Source: Halalkalibacterium halodurans
GTDB lineage: Bacteria > Bacillota > Bacilli > Bacillales > Bacillaceae_D
DNA length: 8,896 nucleotides
Direction of reading: 5' to 3'
NCBI RefSeq assembly: GCF_004376175.1
Contig: NZ_SNUY01000099.1
Span: 1-8,896, forward strand
The translations under genes and the position numbers were made by a program. Shown here piece after piece: positions 5,808 to 8,896 of the stretch; the first letter of the stretch is position 1; each line of letters opens with the position of its first letter. The notes beneath the pieces are model-generated. The model was not told the origin of the DNA. It was given only the letters and a program-made list of their open reading frames with translations, and made no database searches.

Positions 5808-5843
5808 AAAAAAACGCCCACTTCCAAACAGAAAGTAGGGCGT
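5808..5843 (-). terminator. Intrinsic terminator of the M14 peptidase gene
   Basis: On the - strand ACGCCCTACT (5843->5834) pairs with AGTGGGCGT (5822->5814), a 9-bp stem with one bulged A. T7 follows (5814->5808, the first T also closing the stem). The hairpin starts 5 nt after the TAA stop (5849-5851). Confidence 0.75.
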
Positions 5844-5848
5844 ACTTA

Positions 5849-6172
5849 TTAATCACTAACCGGAACGAGCGGCTTCAGCTTCTTCGGCTTTGTTGAACAT
5901 CCTCCGAGTTGTTTTTCTCCTTTCGTGTCAGACTGTGTCACCTCAAAGGGACGCATGCGAAGCAACGGTGCCGTACAGCTCTCCTTTGCTGCAAACAGGC
6001 TATTAGCTAACAGCCGATAACTGTGCTGCGGATGGGCTCGAAACGTCAAATCATTCGCAAACAAAACGTAATCAGTTTCGTTCATCTCAATGGAAGCTGC
6101 AATCACTTGTCCTCGCGCTTTTTCATGCTCTGGCCACCATCCAGAGATCAAAAAGTCATCGCGATCAGCCAC
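5849..6172 (-). CDS. C-terminal fragment of the upstream M14 peptidase gene (frame-shifted continuation, not an independent gene)
   Basis: This frame is actually open from 6298 to 5849 (149 codons). From the A-run at 6275->6270 onward it reads NRYTAGYEKEEALYVTTGSWIAELPDKATILTTVADRDDFLISGWWPEHEK..., continuing sensibly from ...ELNHEGLLEAVMEK of the 836-aa ORF. There is no SD before the GTG at 6172. Confidence 0.7.
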   Translation of the reverse strand: MADRDDFLISGWWPEHEKARGQVIAASIEMNETDYVLFANDLTFRAHPQHSYRLLANSLFAAKESCTAPLLRMRPFEVTQSDTKGEKQLGGCSTKPKKLKPLVPVSD

Positions 6173-6177
6173 AGTCG

Positions 6178-8688
6178 TTAAGATTGTAGCCTTATCGGGA
6201 AGCTCAGCGATCCACGAACCTGTTGTGACATATAAAGCTTCTTCCTTTTCATAGCCCGCTGTGTAACGATTTTTTCCATGACTGCTTCCAGTAGTCCTTC
6301 ATGATTCAATTCCGTGCTCCCTGTAGCAAAACCTTTCAGGACGTTCGCTTCTTCAATCGCTTGCAAGGAGCGGCCCCCAATCCCTACATACATTTTTCCA
6401 CTCGCTTCTTTGCGATTAAAGTTCCCCAGATCATCTACGATCACATCCGCCTCATCTGTAGAGACGATAGGAAACCCGAGCTGTTCGATTACGTACCTAG
6501 TTTGTGCAGAGCCGACGACCGCTACTTTCGGCTGTGAAAGGCGCTTCACGTGTACAGAGGACTTGTTGTGTAGCGGAGTCGCATCTACGTGTGTGTTTTT
6601 GAGCGGAGCTTGTAAATCTCTTGACCTAACGATAAAGTCACCCTCTTCAACTGTTCTATGCGATTTTGCTGCGACATAGACAGGTTTACCCGCCTTTAGC
6701 AATTGATTCACGAGTTGGATGGCTTCGTTGTTAGAATTGGCGACAACGTAATAGCTGTTTTTCCCATGTACAGCTAGTGAAGTCCATTCTACCTCTTGGA
6801 CAGGCTCCGCTTCACCTTTAAAAGCATCTTTTTGCCTTACCTCAACCACATCAAATCCCCGTAGTGCTGGGAAGTTTACAACCACCGAATCATACATGGC
6901 GGTCCAGTCCGAAAGATCCGCTCCAGAGTAGAGCATCGCGTTAACAAATCCCCGCTTTGCTTGCGCCATCGGTATAACGTACGTTCCTTGCTCATACGTC
7001 ACACCATTGACTGCAACTGGACTGGTTGTTTGCTCTACTTGAATGCCATTTCGAAGAAAATACTCAACCATTCGCTTCGCTTCCAACTCGTTTTTTTGAG
7101 CAGCTCCGATTGGCAATACATAATAATCAGGAAAGAATGAATCATGTGCACCCCGTTGACGTCCAATCACGTCACCCTCTTGATTAACAAACCACTCATC
7201 CACACTTCGATGATCCTCACCGCGGACCCCTCGGGCAAAAAGCTCGAGCTGATGTTGAAAGAGGGCATCTTTATTTGTTAGAACATAGTCGATGGCACCA
7301 TAACTTAAACCGACCATGGCACGGTAAGAATTTTGACTTAACGTTGGCACCTCCACTGTATGTGCGATCGCACCGTGAAGCATAGCGAACATGGCCGTAT
7401 ACGCTGGGCTCATATCATCCCAGCCATTCTCCCAATCGAGCAGGGGAATGAAATAGGAATCTAGCGTAGAGCTTCCAATTCCTGCCCTGCCCATTGCATG
7501 CGCTTGACCGATCATTGAATCCACGAGCAAATCGTATTCAAAGTTCGGATTATGAGGGGGTGTCGCTGGCTCAATAAGGAATCCTTCCACATACCCGTGT
7601 AGGTCAATGAATGACAGCGGCGTCCATTTTCCGATATGTTCATTGACTTGAATCGTTTCGGGCTGCGTCTGGTAGGCATTGTCACGATTTAGATCAAAAC
7701 CATTTGCATTTTCCCTCGTGTTAGCCACCCGTCCATCAGGATTATGGGTAAAATGAAACAGGAAAATAACATGGTTTAACGCGTCCTCCACATCAAAAGT
7801 GACCTCTTTTCTGTGACCATCTTCATCCTCGGTATGAAACGTGACTTGATCCTCCAACGCTAACGTTCGAAAAACCTCCATCTGAGCGTCAATTCCTTCT
7901 ACTTCATCAGGATGTATGTTATTAAACCAGATCGGTACTTGATAGTCTTCAAGTGTCCCATCCTCTAATGTTTCTAGTAAACGTTCCGGTTGTTCGAGCG
8001 CTGTAGGAAGCGTCTCATTCAAATAGCGATGAACAGCCTCTTCATCCTTGGCAAGAACGACAAAATGAAGATCCCTTCCTTCCACAGACTTCCCGAGAGA
8101 CTGATACTCCAAATAGCGATCCTCCGGTGCATCTTGAAGTACTTCATCGATGGCCGGTTTGATCTCCTCATAGGTGAGAAACTCGTCATATACTTTGAGT
8201 GACATGCTTTGGGAAAGCGAAAATCCCGACGAAGGATGTGTCACAGCAAGATCATACTCACCCATTAATTCAGGATAACGAACGCGGATCGTTCGTGGCG
8301 ACAAATCATCGGTTCCGAACGGCAAACTGAAATAGAGCGTGGCATGCACATCGTTTGTTTTCCGATCGATCGTAGGTTCTTTCGTAAACGTAATAAAAGA
8401 GTCTCCAGAAAAATCTCTTGATTCCCCATCCCAACTCTTCCAATCTTCTAATGCCTTGCCACCAAACGTCCAAACAAAATCATCCAACTCGAGATGATCA
8501 GGTATCGAAAATGAAACCTTCACCTCTCGTTCCTCCGTAAGCGAGAGTAGCGTCCGGTCTACCTGAAGTTCCTGCTCTTGGTCAGCGACCTCTGTCTGCT
8601 GCTTCGCTTCGGTCACATACGTTACCTGTGGCAACGCGATGAAAAATAAGATCAATAGGAGCCAAAGCGTCCATCGATGAGTTCTCAT
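6178..8688 (-). CDS. Secreted M14-family zinc metallopeptidase (carboxypeptidase-like), N-terminal ~806 aa authentic, last 30 aa out of frame
   Basis: There is a signal peptide (MRTHRWTLWLLLILFFIALPQVTYV). M14 catalytic blocks appear in the canonical order: NIHPDEVEG (HxxE zinc ligands), HNPDGR, DLNRD, IDLHGY (third zinc ligand) and HTVEVP (catalytic Glu). GGGAGG (8699->8694) sits 5 nt upstream of the ATG at 8688. The C-terminal tail IVTQRAMKRKKLYMSQQVRGSLSFPIRLQS looks like out-of-frame translation. Confidence 0.85.
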   Translation of the reverse strand: MRTHRWTLWLLLILFFIALPQVTYVTEAKQQTEVADQEQELQVDRTLLSLTEEREVKVSFSIPDHLELDDFVWTFGGKALEDWKSWDGESRDFSGDSFITFTKEPTIDRKTNDVHATLYFSLPFGTDDLSPRTIRVRYPELMGEYDLAVTHPSSGFSLSQSMSLKVYDEFLTYEEIKPAIDEVLQDAPEDRYLEYQSLGKSVEGRDLHFVVLAKDEEAVHRYLNETLPTALEQPERLLETLEDGTLEDYQVPIWFNNIHPDEVEGIDAQMEVFRTLALEDQVTFHTEDEDGHRKEVTFDVEDALNHVIFLFHFTHNPDGRVANTRENANGFDLNRDNAYQTQPETIQVNEHIGKWTPLSFIDLHGYVEGFLIEPATPPHNPNFEYDLLVDSMIGQAHAMGRAGIGSSTLDSYFIPLLDWENGWDDMSPAYTAMFAMLHGAIAHTVEVPTLSQNSYRAMVGLSYGAIDYVLTNKDALFQHQLELFARGVRGEDHRSVDEWFVNQEGDVIGRQRGAHDSFFPDYYVLPIGAAQKNELEAKRMVEYFLRNGIQVEQTTSPVAVNGVTYEQGTYVIPMAQAKRGFVNAMLYSGADLSDWTAMYDSVVVNFPALRGFDVVEVRQKDAFKGEAEPVQEVEWTSLAVHGKNSYYVVANSNNEAIQLVNQLLKAGKPVYVAAKSHRTVEEGDFIVRSRDLQAPLKNTHVDATPLHNKSSVHVKRLSQPKVAVVGSAQTRYVIEQLGFPIVSTDEADVIVDDLGNFNRKEASGKMYVGIGGRSLQAIEEANVLKGFATGSTELNHEGLLEAVMEKIVTQRAMKRKKLYMSQQVRGSLSFPIRLQS

Positions 8689-8896
8689 GTTTTCCTCCCT
8701 GACAGTTTTTGAGCTTTATAGATACACTTTAGCATAATTCGACCTGTCCCTCACAGTGAGGAATGAATGAAGATTGTGTCAACCTTTTGTGGGAGGAATA
8801 TTTTCCATTCTCATAGGTGTAAGCGAATTCAGAATGTTAGGGTTCTCCTCTGTTAAGAATCTTAGGGCTTTTAAAAGCCTTTCAAGTCTTTCAGTG

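Larger units (their letters stand above)
5849..8688 (-). pseudogene. M14 metallopeptidase gene interrupted by a 1-nt frameshift in a homopolymer (reconstructed length ~946 aa)
   Basis: The two ORFs above abut in different frames. Adding one A to the A6 run (the + strand T6 at 6270-6275) fuses them into one ORF of 806 + 140 codons. Whether this reflects true pseudogenisation or a homopolymer sequencing error cannot be decided from the sequence. Confidence 0.6.

Noticed and set aside
6268-6277. Programmed -1 ribosomal frameshift at the A6 run of the M14 gene
   Set aside because: In the zero frame the run is read GAA AAA ATC. That is not an X XXY YYZ heptamer in register (the dnaX-type site is A AAA AAG). 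I see no obvious stimulatory SD-like element or downstream structure. A six-base run is short for efficient transcriptional slippage. A mutation or homopolymer sequencing error is the simpler explanation.
6301-6679. Two + strand ORFs (6301..6537, 6314..6679) antisense to the M14 gene
   Set aside because: These are antisense shadow ORFs with no start signals.
7990-8202. 70-aa + strand ORF antisense to the M14 gene
   Set aside because: It is an antisense shadow ORF with no start signals.
1591-8688. Idea that the two secreted peptidases, the chemoreceptor and the HAD enzyme form one functional peptide-sensing system or operon
   Set aside because: The M14, MCP and aminopeptidase genes each end in their own intrinsic terminator, and most have separate promoter-like elements. 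The gene families are common housekeeping or accessory functions with no known functional coupling. Co-directionality alone is not evidence.
8866-8879. 14-bp perfect palindrome GGCTTTTAAAAGCC near the right edge, considered as a terminator
   Set aside because: The stem is AT-rich (effectively 5 bp plus loop) with no proper T-tract on either strand and no ORF ending next to it within the window. It cannot be interpreted without the flanking sequence.
1-8896. Scan for CRISPR arrays, IS or transposon ends, integrase or recombinase genes, tRNA/rRNA genes and toxin-antitoxin or defence-type genes
   Set aside because: I saw no regularly spaced repeats, no long terminal inverted repeats, no transposase- or integrase-like ORF and no tRNA-like cloverleaf. 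All ORFs over 100 aa are accounted for by the five gene families listed.

Overview
This window looks like ordinary chromosomal DNA from a Bacillaceae-type Firmicute. The grounds are GGAGG-type Shine-Dalgarno (SD) sites, sigma-A-like -35/-10 boxes, and YwaD-, AzoR- and Bacillus-type MCP-like proteins. The acid-rich secreted proteins hint at a halotolerant lineage, which is inference only. Apart from a short low-GC VanZ-like remnant on the + strand, every convincing gene is on the - strand. In window order they are azoR (FMN-dependent NADH-azoreductase), a secreted PA-domain M28 aminopeptidase (YwaD-like), a methyl-accepting chemotaxis protein with a helical sensor and HAMP domain, a beta-phosphoglucomutase-type HAD hydrolase, and a large secreted M14 metallopeptidase. 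The M14 gene is split into two ORFs by a 1-nt frameshift in an A6/T6 run. Four of the five - strand units end in their own intrinsic terminator, so they read as independent units rather than one operon. I found no CRISPR array, mobile element, rRNA/tRNA gene, or recognisable defence, toxin or other novel multi-gene system, and I do not claim one. The points worth a second look are small-scale. They are the frameshifted M14 gene, a perfect palindrome over the azoR -10 box, and a terminator-like hairpin between the promoter and SD of the beta-PGM gene. Others are a C-rich polypyrimidine 3' UTR after the aminopeptidase gene, tandem 11-bp repeats upstream of that gene, the VanZ remnant, and a short motif recurring in three intergenic regions.
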